Positions 29,318-39,659 of a stretch of DNA of 64,000 nucleotides are shown in pieces. The notes under the pieces were generated by a model. It was not told where the DNA came from, made no database searches, and was given only the letters and a program-made list of their open reading frames with translations. The first letter of the stretch is position 1. Each line of letters begins with the position of its first letter. Position numbers and translations under genes: made by a program. The DNA comes from Bacteriovoracaceae bacterium (GTDB lineage: Bacteria; Bdellovibrionota; Bacteriovoracia; Bacteriovoracales; Bacteriovoracaceae). The stretch covers positions 96,001 to 160,000 of the forward strand of contig JBLWTJ010000001.1 of the NCBI GenBank assembly GCA_048270185.1. Reading direction: 5' to 3'.

Positions 29318-30289
29318 ATGTTATTAGAAGATCAACACCCGGATAATAAATCATTAATGGCAGCAATCGTTGGTGCACCAAACGTCGGTAAGAGTTCACT
29401 TGTCAATTACCTTCTTGGTATGGAGCTTTCAATTGTAACAAGTAAGCCACAAACAACTCGTAACAAATTCCATGCAGTATTTACTGTTGATCACACTGAA
29501 GTTGTTCTAGTTGATACTCCAGGTCTACACAAGGCCAGCCAAGAACTTAATAAGAGAATTAACCAACAAGCAGTTGAAGGTGTTGATGGTGTTGATGTAA
29601 ACCTTCTTCTAATTGATTTAACAAAAGATATACTAGGTCAAATTAAAGACTTTAATGAGCTTCTAGGTGCTAAGCAACTATCTAAAACTTGGCTTGTTTT
29701 CACTAAGTCTGACCGTGTTGAAAATGTTGAAGCACTACCACTTGATAAAGTATTTGATCAAGCAAAAGAAGTGATTCCATCAATTGAGAAATTCTTCTGT
29801 ATTTCGACTAAGACTGGAGATAATGTACACTTACTGACTTCAGCTCTTTGTGATGAAGCACAACCAGGTTCACACTTCTACCTAGATGGAAGTATTTCAA
29901 ATAAGCCGTCACGATTCTTTGCAACAGAATATATTCGTGAACAAGCTTTTGAATTATTAAAAGATGAACTTCCATATGAAATGGCCGTTGTTATTGATGA
30001 GTACAAAGATTTTAAAGATAAAAAGACAGGTGACTTCGCTTCACATATTTCTGCGACAATCCTTGTTAACCGTCCATCTCAACGTGCTATCGTTGTTGGT
30101 TCAAAAGGAACGATGATTAAAGAAATCGGAATGCGTGCTCGTAAGAAAATTGCTGCAATGACTGATGGTAAGGTTCACTTAAACCTACACGTTAAGGTAT
30201 CACCAAAGTGGTTTAAGAATAACTTCGTACTAGAAGAGCTAGGATTACCAAGAGCGACAAATTCAGCTCGTGTTTGGAAGCAAAAGTAG
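29318..30289 (+). CDS. era: GTPase Era
   Basis: GAPNVGKS, KPQTTR, DTPG, KH domain VVGSKG. Confidence 0.96.
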   Translation: MLLEDQHPDNKSLMAAIVGAPNVGKSSLVNYLLGMELSIVTSKPQTTRNKFHAVFTVDHTEVVLVDTPGLHKASQELNKRINQQAVEGVDGVDVNLLLIDLTKDILGQIKDFNELLGAKQLSKTWLVFTKSDRVENVEALPLDKVFDQAKEVIPSIEKFFCISTKTGDNVHLLTSALCDEAQPGSHFYLDGSISNKPSRFFATEYIREQAFELLKDELPYEMAVVIDEYKDFKDKKTGDFASHISATILVNRPSQRAIVVGSKGTMIKEIGMRARKKIAAMTDGKVHLNLHVKVSPKWFKNNFVLEELGLPRATNSARVWKQK

Positions 30290-30325
30290 AAAGTAAAAAA
30301 GAAAAAAGCAAAATAGGATAAAACT

Positions 30326-32131
30326 ATGCAAAAACGATCAATGATCATTTCACTAATTGGAAGACCGAACGTCGGAAAGAGTTCGATCTTTAACCGATTA
30401 ATGAAGAAACAACATAAGGCCATCACTCATGATATGCCTGGTGTTACAAGAGACCGTCACTACGGGATTACAACATTCAATGATAAGAATGATGATCGCC
30501 CATTAGATGCCATTCTCGTTGATACTGGTGGATTCTATCCAACGCAAGTTGATGAATCTGGTAAGGATGATAAAGAAGTTAACGCTAATAAGTTCTTTAA
30601 TATCATGACAACGCATGCTCAACAGGCAATTGAAGAGTCAGATCTTGTTCTCTTCGTTGTTGATGTTAGAGAAGGTGTTCTGCCTTTTGATAAAACAATC
30701 GCGAACTATATTAGAAAGCAAAAGAAGAAGATGTGGCTTCTTGTAAATAAGTATGACTCTGAAACACAAAGTGGAGATGAGTATAGCTTCTTTGAGCTAG
30801 GAATCAACGGCGATGAGATGTTTACAACTTCAGCTGCTCACGGGCGTGGAATTGAGCTTTTAAGAGAAGCGATTCACCAAGAAATGATGGATTTTGATGA
30901 CTCAAATGAAGTTATGCAAATGACAGCTCTTCAGCGAGGAGTAACACCACGTGAAAACGTTGTGGCCAAGCTTGCTCTTATCGGAGCACCAAATGCTGGT
31001 AAATCAACTCTTCTAAATCAACTTCTAGGAAGTGAGAGAGCACTTGTTTCAGATATTGCTGGAACGACAGTTGACCCAATTGATGGCTACTTTGACCTCT
31101 TCCTTGGTGACGACGCTAAGAAACTAGATGAAGCGCAGGCCTACTTCAAAAATGATAATGTTCTTTATAATCAATATGAAGACTTTAAAAAGAATAACCC
31201 TGATCTTTATAACGAGCTGATTTCAAGCTATGAACTTGAAGAGGAATCAGAAGACTTTGAACTAGAAGGCCTTGAAGATGAAATCATCGCAAGTGATGAA
31301 GAGTTTGAAGAGAATGCAACAACTCGTATGGAAGCTCAAGCCTTCAGTGAGGATGATGTAACTGAAGAAGCTGAGTTAACACTAGAAGCAAGTGAAGTCG
31401 TAGACGAAACGCTTACTGAAGATGAAGGCTCTCACTGGCGTTCGATCCATATCGTTGACACGGCAGGGATTAGAAAGCAGAAGAAGATTGATGACTTTGT
31501 TGAGTCACAGTCTGTTTACCGCTCTCTAAGATCAATTGCTGACAGTGATGTTTGTCTCTATCTTATTGATGCTGAAAAAGGTGTTTCACACCAAGATAAG
31601 CGTCTGCTTGATATTGCTGTTGAAAAAGGTGCCTCAATTATTGTTTGTATGAATAAGGTAGACTTAATTGGTGATACATTTAGAGACGCTGATGCACGTA
31701 AAGAGTGGATTCAAAATATTCGCGATAAGATGCCATGGCTTAACTACTGCGATATCGTGCCTATTTCAGCAAAGCATAAGCGTGGAATTAAAAGACTTAA
31801 GAAGATTCTTGCAAAAACAATCTTCATTCGTCGCCAAAATATCGCAACAGGTGCTCTTAACCGTTTCGTTTTCGAGCTGATTGAAAAGCACCCAATTATT
31901 CTTAAAGGTTCACGTGGTAAGAGATTCCGTGTTAAGTACGCATCTCAAATTAAGGCCAATCCTCCAACGTTCTTATTCTATACGAATAAGTCTCGTGGGA
32001 TTCCTGAAAACTATCGTCGTTACTTAAAGAATGGCCTACGTGGAGCATTCCCACTAGATAATACTCCTGTTCACCTAATCTTTAGAACAGGATCTGATCT
32101 TCAAAAGAGAATGAAGAAAGTTTCAAAATAA
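30326..32131 (+). CDS. der: Ribosome biogenesis GTPase Der (EngA) with acidic insertion
   Basis: Two G domains ([16 protein letters not shown]), DTGG/DTAG, C-terminal PPTF..YRRYL. Confidence 0.95.
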   Translation: MQKRSMIISLIGRPNVGKSSIFNRLMKKQHKAITHDMPGVTRDRHYGITTFNDKNDDRPLDAILVDTGGFYPTQVDESGKDDKEVNANKFFNIMTTHAQQAIEESDLVLFVVDVREGVLPFDKTIANYIRKQKKKMWLLVNKYDSETQSGDEYSFFELGINGDEMFTTSAAHGRGIELLREAIHQEMMDFDDSNEVMQMTALQRGVTPRENVVAKLALIGAPNAGKSTLLNQLLGSERALVSDIAGTTVDPIDGYFDLFLGDDAKKLDEAQAYFKNDNVLYNQYEDFKKNNPDLYNELISSYELEEESEDFELEGLEDEIIASDEEFEENATTRMEAQAFSEDDVTEEAELTLEASEVVDETLTEDEGSHWRSIHIVDTAGIRKQKKIDDFVESQSVYRSLRSIADSDVCLYLIDAEKGVSHQDKRLLDIAVEKGASIIVCMNKVDLIGDTFRDADARKEWIQNIRDKMPWLNYCDIVPISAKHKRGIKRLKKILAKTIFIRRQNIATGALNRFVFELIEKHPIILKGSRGKRFRVKYASQIKANPPTFLFYTNKSRGIPENYRRYLKNGLRGAFPLDNTPVHLIFRTGSDLQKRMKKVSK

Positions 32132-32141
32132 TAAAAATACT

Positions 32142-32167
32142 AAGGCCTCGTTTTACGAGGCCTTTTT
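32142..32167 (+). terminator. Intrinsic terminator after rnc-era-der
   Basis: AGGCCTCGT-TTT-ACGAGGCCT followed by a T tract. Confidence 0.88.
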
Positions 32168-32370
32168 ACTTCCTCATAAAATAGTCACTTTATATCATCT
32201 TAATTGTTTCCTTTTCTGATTCAATCTTTAGGTTAACTTTAGATTGCTCTTTAAATTAACGTCTGTCATTGGTGGTGTAAATATTTAGTTAAAATTAATA
32301 ATATTTTAGCTTAGTTTAGACCGATAATTCCTTATCAAACTTTATGTGAACTTGTTTTGTGAGGAAACTT

Positions 32371-33818
32371 ATGTCGAACGTTAGCTCGATTCTAGGTCTA
32401 TTTATTCTATTTCTAAATATGAATGTATTCGCTTCAGAATGTACTCAGCAGACTTTTAGTGTTTTGCTGACGGTAGAAAAGCTCTTGATGTCGTCAGGCA
32501 CTCAGCTGGTCATAATACTCATATGGACATTCGATTATATGACTATAGTAAGAATGGAAATAAATTAAAATATAATAATAACGCGTTTGTAGATTTTAAA
32601 GGACTTCATGTACCAGATGATGTTGAATATTCTTATCAGCTAGATTCAGAGACTGGTGGATATGTAATTACAAGTAACTATAGTGAACTGTCTGATTTTG
32701 AGGTTTATGGAATTGTTGATAAAGATGGAAATGAATCAGCACCATATTTACTCCCCAATGAGCCTGCTGATGGAATTCCGTACTACATAAATGATGGTCA
32801 TATTTATCCTAATACACGCTTTCCTTTAAGTAGTTATTTTGAGGATAATGACTTTAAAATAAGAGTTACAAGTGTAAGTACTGATAGCAATAACCCATAT
32901 TGTAAACATCTTGATATTTCTTTACCTCGATTAAGCCAAGTCGGATTTATAACAAATGCTAATGAAACTTATTCTGAAACGATAAAAGCTAACACAACTC
33001 AATTTTTTGAAATTGAAAAAAGTGATCTTGGTGATTTTGGAGTTGGCTTTATTGATATTGTAACTACTAACGATGAGGATTTGACATACCGTATATTATA
33101 TTCATTAAAGGAAGATGATAATACTAATATTTTAGATACAATTAATAGAACTAATGATCTTTTGTATGGGGAATTTTCTGTCTCAGCTCAAAATACAAAT
33201 TATAAAAAAATACTGAATAGACTTGATAGCGAAAAGGTATTTGTGAAGATATTAAATGAGTCTAGCTCTGACATTTCATTTGATATAAAAGTAACTCCTT
33301 TGAAATATTTTTCGATAGATAAGAATATACATGTCAATGTAACGTTTGAATATATTAACTCTGAAGATAATGGGAAGGATGTAAATTATTACTTCTATGG
33401 TACAAACCCTAGTTATCTTCTTTCTAAAGATATGGCGTCTATGAATTATACATTTGAAGCAAATCGTTACTCAAACACAGAAGGTTATGGAGCTTATACT
33501 TATGGGGTATATTATCCAGCTTCTATGTATCTATATGATGAAGTCCAGACTCCTTATGTTGAGAGACGAGTTTCATATTCCTATTCTACGACTAATACGG
33601 GAATTAACGCTATTGTTCAAAAGTATTCTTATAATGGTCAAATACCTATGTCTTCAGTTTCTTTTTCGTATTTATTTTGTGAGTTACCAAATCAGTATAA
33701 TATGCCTTATACTGTTTATAAATATACTGTATATAATAGTAATAGCTCAGCAGAAACTTCGAGTTTACTAGAGTCATCTGGTTATAATGAGCTTAGGCAG
33801 TCAGGTGATTGTCAGTAG
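32371..33818 (+). pseudogene. Secreted Tyr/Asn-rich hypothetical protein split by an apparent 1-nt frameshift near 32460 (pseudogene or sequence error)
   Basis: Signal peptide (..ILGLFILFLNMNVFA-SEC) in the frame of ORF 32359; the -1 frame is open from 32460 into the 431-aa ORF 32523-33818. Confidence 0.55.
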
Positions 33819-33847
33819 GTTCTTAGTATTAACTTAAAGGAAATAAT

Positions 33848-34666
33848 ATGAAAATAATCTTTTACTCTATTATTCTCAGCTTTTGCTTAAATATACAAGC
33901 TGAAGATATAGTGTACAAGCCTGTGGAAGAATTATCTAAGGCGGGTGTATCATTCGAGTCACTTTTGTATAAGAGTCCTACTTGTCGCTTTACTAAGGAC
34001 AAATTGATATTAGAAGAAATTCAATCTTATAACTTATTTATTCGTGATGTTACTTGTGACAAGAATAAAACTTATCGTTTTATTCCGGCGAAATTAAAAA
34101 TGTTAAATGACAGCACGTTAGGGATAGATAAAGATGTCAATGATGGTGTTTTCTATCATCGCTTTGTGAAGAAATGTATAAAGGTTTCGTATAATCAAAA
34201 TGATCGTCATCAAGTCTTTGATCGTGTCGAAGTCGTTAAATGTCCGGCATATGTAGCATTAAAATTAAGTGAAAAATATAATAATTATAAAACATTTGAA
34301 GAATTTAATACTGCTCTAAAAATTTGTTTAAAACGTTTTGACGAGTCCTGTTTAAATGAAATGGTTTACCTTGACACTGAAGTGCCAAGGACAGATCCAT
34401 CTTTTTACCCTCCTATTATTAGTCGACAATTTGTTAATGAATCTTTCTTGTTGAAAAAGGACTTTGTAGACAATTACTTAATAGCTTCAAAAAAAGAAAC
34501 TGATAGATTACGTAAGAAAAAGTATAAAGTTAAAAAGGGATTTCCTGTTATGTTTGAGATAGGGAAAGTAGAGTATTGGGTTATTGTTACTTATCACTTT
34601 ATAAAAGAAATTGGTGAAAAACGCTGGCTAATTACAGAAATTTCAGGTGGACCAGTTACTCACTAA
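33848..34666 (+). CDS. Hypothetical exported protein
   Basis: AAGGA SD, signal peptide MKIIFYSIILSFCLNIQA, several Cys. Confidence 0.75.
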   Translation: MKIIFYSIILSFCLNIQAEDIVYKPVEELSKAGVSFESLLYKSPTCRFTKDKLILEEIQSYNLFIRDVTCDKNKTYRFIPAKLKMLNDSTLGIDKDVNDGVFYHRFVKKCIKVSYNQNDRHQVFDRVEVVKCPAYVALKLSEKYNNYKTFEEFNTALKICLKRFDESCLNEMVYLDTEVPRTDPSFYPPIISRQFVNESFLLKKDFVDNYLIASKKETDRLRKKKYKVKKGFPVMFEIGKVEYWVIVTYHFIKEIGEKRWLITEISGGPVTH

Positions 34667-34725
34667 GGGACTCCTGAAGTTAAATGCTCCTTAAACCACG
34701 AAAAGATATAGTTGAAATTCATTAT

Positions 34726-34762
34726 TAAAAAAGGGAGCAGCATGATCTGATCCCTTTCTTTT
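34726..34762 (+). terminator. Probable terminator after the islet
   Basis: Imperfect AAAGGGAGCAG..CTGATCCCTTT hairpin with T tract. Confidence 0.5.
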
Positions 34763-34777
34763 TATTTATTAAGTCAT

Positions 34778-34986
34778 TTAGGAGCGCGGGTACCGATGGA
34801 AATATCAGTTACTTGCACTTCTATATTTTAAAAAAATTTTGTATTTTATAGTCAGTAAATTGCCATAATATTCAGTTCTTTGTTGAATTTCATACTTCTA
34901 ATGAATAAAAACTCCAAAATGAGATGATTTTTGTGAAAACTTGTGTCCTAAGGTATTGATATTTCCATAGGTACCCGCGCTCCTAA
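34778..34986. mobile_element. MITE-like or invertible element bounded by 30-bp inverted repeats
   Basis: 34778-34807 TTAGGAGCGCGGGTACCGATGGAAATATCA matches the reverse complement of 34957-34986 at 29/30; AT-rich interior with no transposase ORF. Confidence 0.65.
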
Positions 34987-35781
34987 GAAAGGAAGTAGGT
35001 CTGTAGCAACAGCACCGCGAATGCCTTCACGTCTTTTGGCGAGAAGGTCTCCTGCATGTGAATGGAGCCAGACTCCAAGACATGAAGCCTCAGTGTAATC
35101 GAGTCCTTGTGCAAACATGGCCGCAATACAACCGGCCAGGATATCGCCAGAACCTGCCATGGCAAGAATAGGATTACCAATTTCATTTAAGTAAGTTTCA
35201 TTCTTGTTGGCAATAATTGTTCCGTGACCTTTTAAAACCACATGATCTGCATAGGCCAACAGCTTTGTGGCACTTTCATTTCTGTTGGCATCAATCTCCT
35301 CTGGTGTGCAGTCTAGGATTCTGCCGGCTTCGGCCTGATGAGGAGTGAAGATTGTATTTGTTAAATTCTTTAATTGCTCTTTAGCAACAAACCATAGCGC
35401 GTCGGCGTCCATGAGTTTGGGGATATCAAGCTTTAGTACTTCATCAAGGAGATTCTTTGCCCACGCATCACGTCCTAAACCTGGGCCTATGACAATAATG
35501 GAAGCACGCTCAATGATTGGTCTAACTTCATTGATTGAATCAATTCCGCGGGCCATGATTTCAGGGTGATTGGCAAGCATGATTGAGACATTTTCTTTCT
35601 TGGTATAGACGCTTACAAGACCAGCACCTGATCTGAGGCATGCTTCGGCACACATTCTTGCAGCGCCGGCCATCCCGATATTTCCACCAATAATGACGAC
35701 GTGACCAAAGCTATACTTGCTAGAGTTTTCATTTCGTGGTGTGAGCTTCTTTAGAAGTGATTGGGCATCGATCTTTTTCAT
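34948..35781 (-). CDS. nnrD: NAD(P)H-hydrate dehydratase (stand-alone NnrD)
   Basis: GAGLV, GPGLG, DADAL, TPH.AE, LKG, GSGDILAG; start likely ATG 35781. Confidence 0.93.
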   Translation of the reverse strand: MKKIDAQSLLKKLTPRNENSSKYSFGHVVIIGGNIGMAGAARMCAEACLRSGAGLVSVYTKKENVSIMLANHPEIMARGIDSINEVRPIIERASIIVIGPGLGRDAWAKNLLDEVLKLDIPKLMDADALWFVAKEQLKNLTNTIFTPHQAEAGRILDCTPEEIDANRNESATKLLAYADHVVLKGHGTIIANKNETYLNEIGNPILAMAGSGDILAGCIAAMFAQGLDYTEASCLGVWLHSHAGDLLAKRREGIRGAVATDLLPFLGARVPMEISIP

Positions 35782-35803
35782 AAGTCTATTATAAAGCTTG
35801 TGC

Positions 35804-35829
35804 AAAAAAAAAGCTCCCTAAGGGAGCTT
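35804..35829 (-). terminator. Intrinsic terminator for the DoxX gene
   Basis: AAGCTCCCT-A-AGGGAGCTT inverted repeat with poly-T on the minus strand. Confidence 0.75.
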
Positions 35830-35834
35830 AATAT

Positions 35835-36209
35835 TTATGCTTTAACTGAGTATTTACCACCGTTAGAGAAGAAGAGTGCGATATAGGCCATGGCGTAGAG
35901 TAGGGCCTTTTCTTTTCCTCCAAAAGGGTCGTTTCCGTGAACAACAAAAGCTGCCACAAGCATTGTAAATGCTGAGATCGCTGCAAACCAACGAGTTTTA
36001 AAACCGATGATGATAAAGACTTGTGCGAATACTTCTGCAAATACTGTGGCCGAAAGGGATACTGGAATTCCTAGTCCAATCGGGTCAGCGAATTTTGTTA
36101 AAAGAGTAGAGAAGTTAGCAAGCTTGCCCCAACCGTGGCCAAGAAGCATTGTAAGTCCGATAGATACTCTTAGAAATAGCCATCCTAGGTCTGAGTTTAA
36201 TCTGTTCAT
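35835..36209 (-). CDS. DoxX-family membrane protein
   Basis: LR..G..M..HGWGK, E......GFKTR, AFVVH, GGKYS. Confidence 0.9.
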   Translation of the reverse strand: MNRLNSDLGWLFLRVSIGLTMLLGHGWGKLANFSTLLTKFADPIGLGIPVSLSATVFAEVFAQVFIIIGFKTRWFAAISAFTMLVAAFVVHGNDPFGGKEKALLYAMAYIALFFSNGGKYSVKA

Positions 36210-36244
36210 TTATACGTCCTTGTTGAGTAATTGTTTTTTCTATC

Positions 36245-36423
36245 AAAATCGCTCGAAATGACTGACGTCATTTCTTGCTGGTTTTTCTTTGTGCATAGTC
36301 TTTTTTGCGCTTTGCAATCATCAGTGAACTAAAGTTCACTGAGATTAATGTTTCTATGTCATTTGCAAGCGACTGCGCGCGCACCGCTCAAAATGATTAT
36401 CAATCATTTTGCTGCGGAGTGCG
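36245..36423. repeat. Cluster of three long palindromic stem-loops (REP-like or structured RNA)
   Basis: GAAATGAC/GTCATTTC; TCAGTGAACT/AGTTCACTGA; AAAATGATT/AATCATTTT, each with further flanking pairing. Confidence 0.6.
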
Positions 36424-37182
36424 TTACCAATTCCAGACATAGCCGACCATAAGAGAGAAGGCCATTCCTGAAAGATCCGTTACTCCAGGTCCATTATTTT
36501 TTGGAGCATATTTAATTGTACGTACATCACTCAAGTTAACTGAGTGTATTAAACCCTCAACGTTAACATAGGATTCCTTAATTTTAATTGGAAACTCTAG
36601 ACCACCACCAAAGGCAAAACCGATCCCACCGGAAGTATCTTTTTCTTCCGTTGAAATTGTTGTGAGTTTCTCACTTTCGTACCAGTACTCAAAGCGCATT
36701 GTTATATAAGGGTTTGAGTAAGTGATGGCCGTACCAAGATTTGAAGTATCGATATAGTAGCGATATCCAAAGAAGAATCTTAGCATTGAGACATCTATGG
36801 TTGCAGGCACATCACCAATTCCCTGTGTCTCTTGGAGGAGGGTGATATTATGCTTTGAATAAGCAAAGCCAATATTCCAAGCAGATTGAAAGTCTGAGAA
36901 GTACTGAACCCTTAATCCGAATGATGGAGGAAGGTCCTCATAGAGAACACCTCGGTTTCCACCCCACGTCGTATATCCTATCGACATTTGGAATGAAAAG
37001 AAGCGTCCATACTTATAATAGCGCTCATCTTCATAAATCTGAGACTCTTCAAGATCTTCATTAAAGTCAGAGAAGATATCTCCTCCGACGTTTAAATCTT
37101 CGTCGGCACCGATCATACCTGCTTGAGCAAAAATAGATACTTGAGCAAGTAGTATAAAAAATATTAAAAAATTCTTATGCAT
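36424..37182 (-). CDS. Outer-membrane beta-barrel protein
   Basis: Signal peptide, alternating aromatic beta-strands, C-terminal VGYVWNW. Confidence 0.7.
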   Translation of the reverse strand: MHKNFLIFFILLAQVSIFAQAGMIGADEDLNVGGDIFSDFNEDLEESQIYEDERYYKYGRFFSFQMSIGYTTWGGNRGVLYEDLPPSFGLRVQYFSDFQSAWNIGFAYSKHNITLLQETQGIGDVPATIDVSMLRFFFGYRYYIDTSNLGTAITYSNPYITMRFEYWYESEKLTTISTEEKDTSGGIGFAFGGGLEFPIKIKESYVNVEGLIHSVNLSDVRTIKYAPKNNGPGVTDLSGMAFSLMVGYVWNW

Positions 37183-37197
37183 TTATCTGCCTAATTT

Positions 37198-37677
37198 CTA
37201 TAAATAAAAATGAACGCCGGCAGAAATGATATTTTCTCCCATTGTCGTAATTTCAAAGTCATCAATTTTTTTAAAGCGTACACCAAACTCAGCGCTAAAG
37301 CCTAAGCTATCAATTCCTTGGAATGAGAATTCTGTTCCAAATCCAACATCGCCCTGAAAGCCAGAGTCACTGTCACCGTTGGCCTGCTTTGTATTAATGA
37401 TAACGGCCGATCCTACGGCATAGAATGTCAAGAATGGTTCATCAAAGATATTTCGATAGAGCCTGATCCCACCGTGCCAGCCTCCGTCATCTGCTGTATT
37501 GACTCCAAAGACACCACCATAAGAGAAGCCAGTACTTCTTTGAACCTTGATCGAAATTGAAGGAACACTGTCGGCAATAGTATTTGAAAAGCCAATACCT
37601 AGACGTCCAACTCTCTCAATTGCAAAAGTATTTATTGATAAAAAAATCGCAAGTATTATTAATGAAGTCCTTCTCAT
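37198..37677 (-). CDS. Small outer-membrane beta-barrel protein
   Basis: Signal peptide, Gly/Phe-rich strands, C-terminal AGVHFYL. Confidence 0.7.
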   Translation of the reverse strand: MRRTSLIILAIFLSINTFAIERVGRLGIGFSNTIADSVPSISIKVQRSTGFSYGGVFGVNTADDGGWHGGIRLYRNIFDEPFLTFYAVGSAVIINTKQANGDSDSGFQGDVGFGTEFSFQGIDSLGFSAEFGVRFKKIDDFEITTMGENIISAGVHFYL

Positions 37678-37740
37678 GGTGCGTTGTAATCCTTTAGCTT
37701 AAAATATAAGTAAATATATTTTAACAATACTCATGTATTT

Positions 37741-37770
37741 TTGACAACTTTCAATGTTCTTTATTAGAAT
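37741..37770 (+). promoter_or_regulatory. Putative sigma70 promoter of yfgM-bamB
   Basis: TTGACA-N18-TAGAAT. Confidence 0.5.
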
Positions 37771-37802
37771 ATTAAAAATTTAACTTTAAAAAAGGGTAAT
37801 GG

Positions 37803-38465
37803 ATGACAACACAAGTAGCGCCAAATGAGGGCCTAAATTCGGAATTAAATTCCACAGAGCTGGGAGCATTTATTGCTCATAATAAAGCTTTATTCTTCGG
37901 AATCATTATTATTGTTGTTGCAGCAATTGGTGGTTACGGAATTTCTTCGTACTTAAAAGCACAAAAAAATGAAAAAGCAGCAACTGCTTTTTATCAATTT
38001 GAAGTAGGAAGTCTAAAAAAGTACCAGGCAGGACAACTTGATGCTGCTGCAATGAGTGCTGAACTAAACCTTCTACTTGATACATATGCAAGCTCTTCGG
38101 CCGCTTTTTCTACATCATTACTTGCAGTCGATTACTTATCAAATAAAGCAGCTAATAAGGAAGCACTTGAAGTCCTAAACAAGCTAGATGCTTCAACTTC
38201 TCTTCAATCATTCTTTATTGGGCTTCGCAAAGCCGCTTTACAAGAAGAATTAGGTGAGTATGATGCAGCGATTGGAACTCTTACTGAGCTTTCAACAAAC
38301 GAATCAAAGCTTATGCTAGGAAAGATCGAACTTGATCTTGGCCGTAATTATCTGCAAAAAGGTGATAATGCTAATGCTAAGACTCACTTTGAAAAGGTAT
38401 TAACAATTACAACTCAAAACGTTTATAAGTCGCTTGCAAAGAGCTACTTAGCGAAAATTAAATAA
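37803..38465 (+). CDS. YfgM-like TPR membrane-anchored protein
   Basis: Single TM then TPR helices; directly upstream of a bamB-like gene. Confidence 0.8.
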   Translation: MTTQVAPNEGLNSELNSTELGAFIAHNKALFFGIIIIVVAAIGGYGISSYLKAQKNEKAATAFYQFEVGSLKKYQAGQLDAAAMSAELNLLLDTYASSSAAFSTSLLAVDYLSNKAANKEALEVLNKLDASTSLQSFFIGLRKAALQEELGEYDAAIGTLTELSTNESKLMLGKIELDLGRNYLQKGDNANAKTHFEKVLTITTQNVYKSLAKSYLAKIK

Positions 38466-38475
38466 GTAGATATCG

Positions 38476-39579
38476 ATGAAGCACTTGTTAGCTCTTACTA
38501 TTCTTTCCACACTTTTGTTCTCATGTTCAACACTTAAGAATATAGAGGGGAAGAAGCTTAAATTAGCACCATTAACTCTTTCTTGGGCAAAGAATCTTGA
38601 CCCAAGCTATGAGTCGGGGAATCTGCCGATTTCTCTATCGTCACCATTAATCCATGATGGTGTTCTTTACGCCGCTGATGGTAAGGGAGTCTTTAGTGCC
38701 TATAATGTCGAAAATGGCCGTAAACTTTGGTCACAAGATATTAAAGGAACTCTAACAAGTGCTCCAATTGTCTATGAAAACCTACTTATCTTTGGAGATG
38801 ACTCGGGACGTGTTTACGCTCGTGATTTAGGCAAAGATGAGCTTGTGTATGAATTTGATCTCGATGCAGGAATTGACTCAACGCCAGTTGTTCACAACGG
38901 CCGTTTATTCATTCATACGAGAAATCATAAGTTATTCAATGTTGATGCTGCTACAGGTCGTGTGCTTTGGTCTTATAAGAGATCAGTTCCTTATTACTCA
39001 ACTGTCCAACGCGCCTCAACGCCACTTATTTTAAACAACAAAGTATATGCTGGCTTTGCTGATGGTTATTTCCTTTGCTTTACCCTTGAAGAGGGGCAGG
39101 TTCTTTGGGAGAGACGTATGACGGCCGGTCAGAAGTTTGTTGATGTTGATATGCGTCCAGTGCTCTTTAACGGCAAGATTATTGTTGGTTCAGTAGATGA
39201 TAAAATGGAAGTTATCGATCCACGCTCAGGTGTTTTAACAAAGAAGTTAAACTTCCAGTCAAATCGCGCAGGAGTTGAATATAACGATGAGATGGTTTTT
39301 GGAACTGTTAACGGCGAACTAGTCTTTGTCGATAAAAGATTCAATGAAGTAAAGCGCATAGGCCTTGATAAAGTGGCCATATCTTCAATAGCGAAATGGA
39401 AGGGTGGATTAGTTGCCACGACAGTTGGTAAAACGGCATATTATGTTGATGCTCGTGGTGCCATCACTCAGCGCTTTGATCTTGGTTCGGCCTACTCTGC
39501 AGTCTTCGGTCACATGACTCAGGACGAAGATAACCTGGCCTTTATTTCGTCACGCTTTAGGCTCTACACATTTAGATAA
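38476..39579 (+). CDS. bamB: PQQ-like beta-propeller lipoprotein (BamB-like)
   Basis: Lipobox LFSC; repeated ..G..LW propeller motifs; DVD. Confidence 0.8.
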   Translation: MKHLLALTILSTLLFSCSTLKNIEGKKLKLAPLTLSWAKNLDPSYESGNLPISLSSPLIHDGVLYAADGKGVFSAYNVENGRKLWSQDIKGTLTSAPIVYENLLIFGDDSGRVYARDLGKDELVYEFDLDAGIDSTPVVHNGRLFIHTRNHKLFNVDAATGRVLWSYKRSVPYYSTVQRASTPLILNNKVYAGFADGYFLCFTLEEGQVLWERRMTAGQKFVDVDMRPVLFNGKIIVGSVDDKMEVIDPRSGVLTKKLNFQSNRAGVEYNDEMVFGTVNGELVFVDKRFNEVKRIGLDKVAISSIAKWKGGLVATTVGKTAYYVDARGAITQRFDLGSAYSAVFGHMTQDEDNLAFISSRFRLYTFR

Positions 39580-39659
39580 AGTCCAAAAATCTCTTGTAGG
39601 TGTTATTTCGACAATGTTATTATCTTGTTGAAACTACACACATTATTTTAGGGGAGAGT

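Noticed and set aside
31090..31435. Intein in Der
   Set aside because: No Cys/Ser start with a His-Asn end and no splicing blocks; the insert is low-complexity acidic.
27331..34986. Integrative element defined by the recombinase and the AT-rich islet
   Set aside because: Essential rnc-era-der lie between them; no tRNA or direct-repeat att sites seen; the recombinase looks catalytically degenerate.
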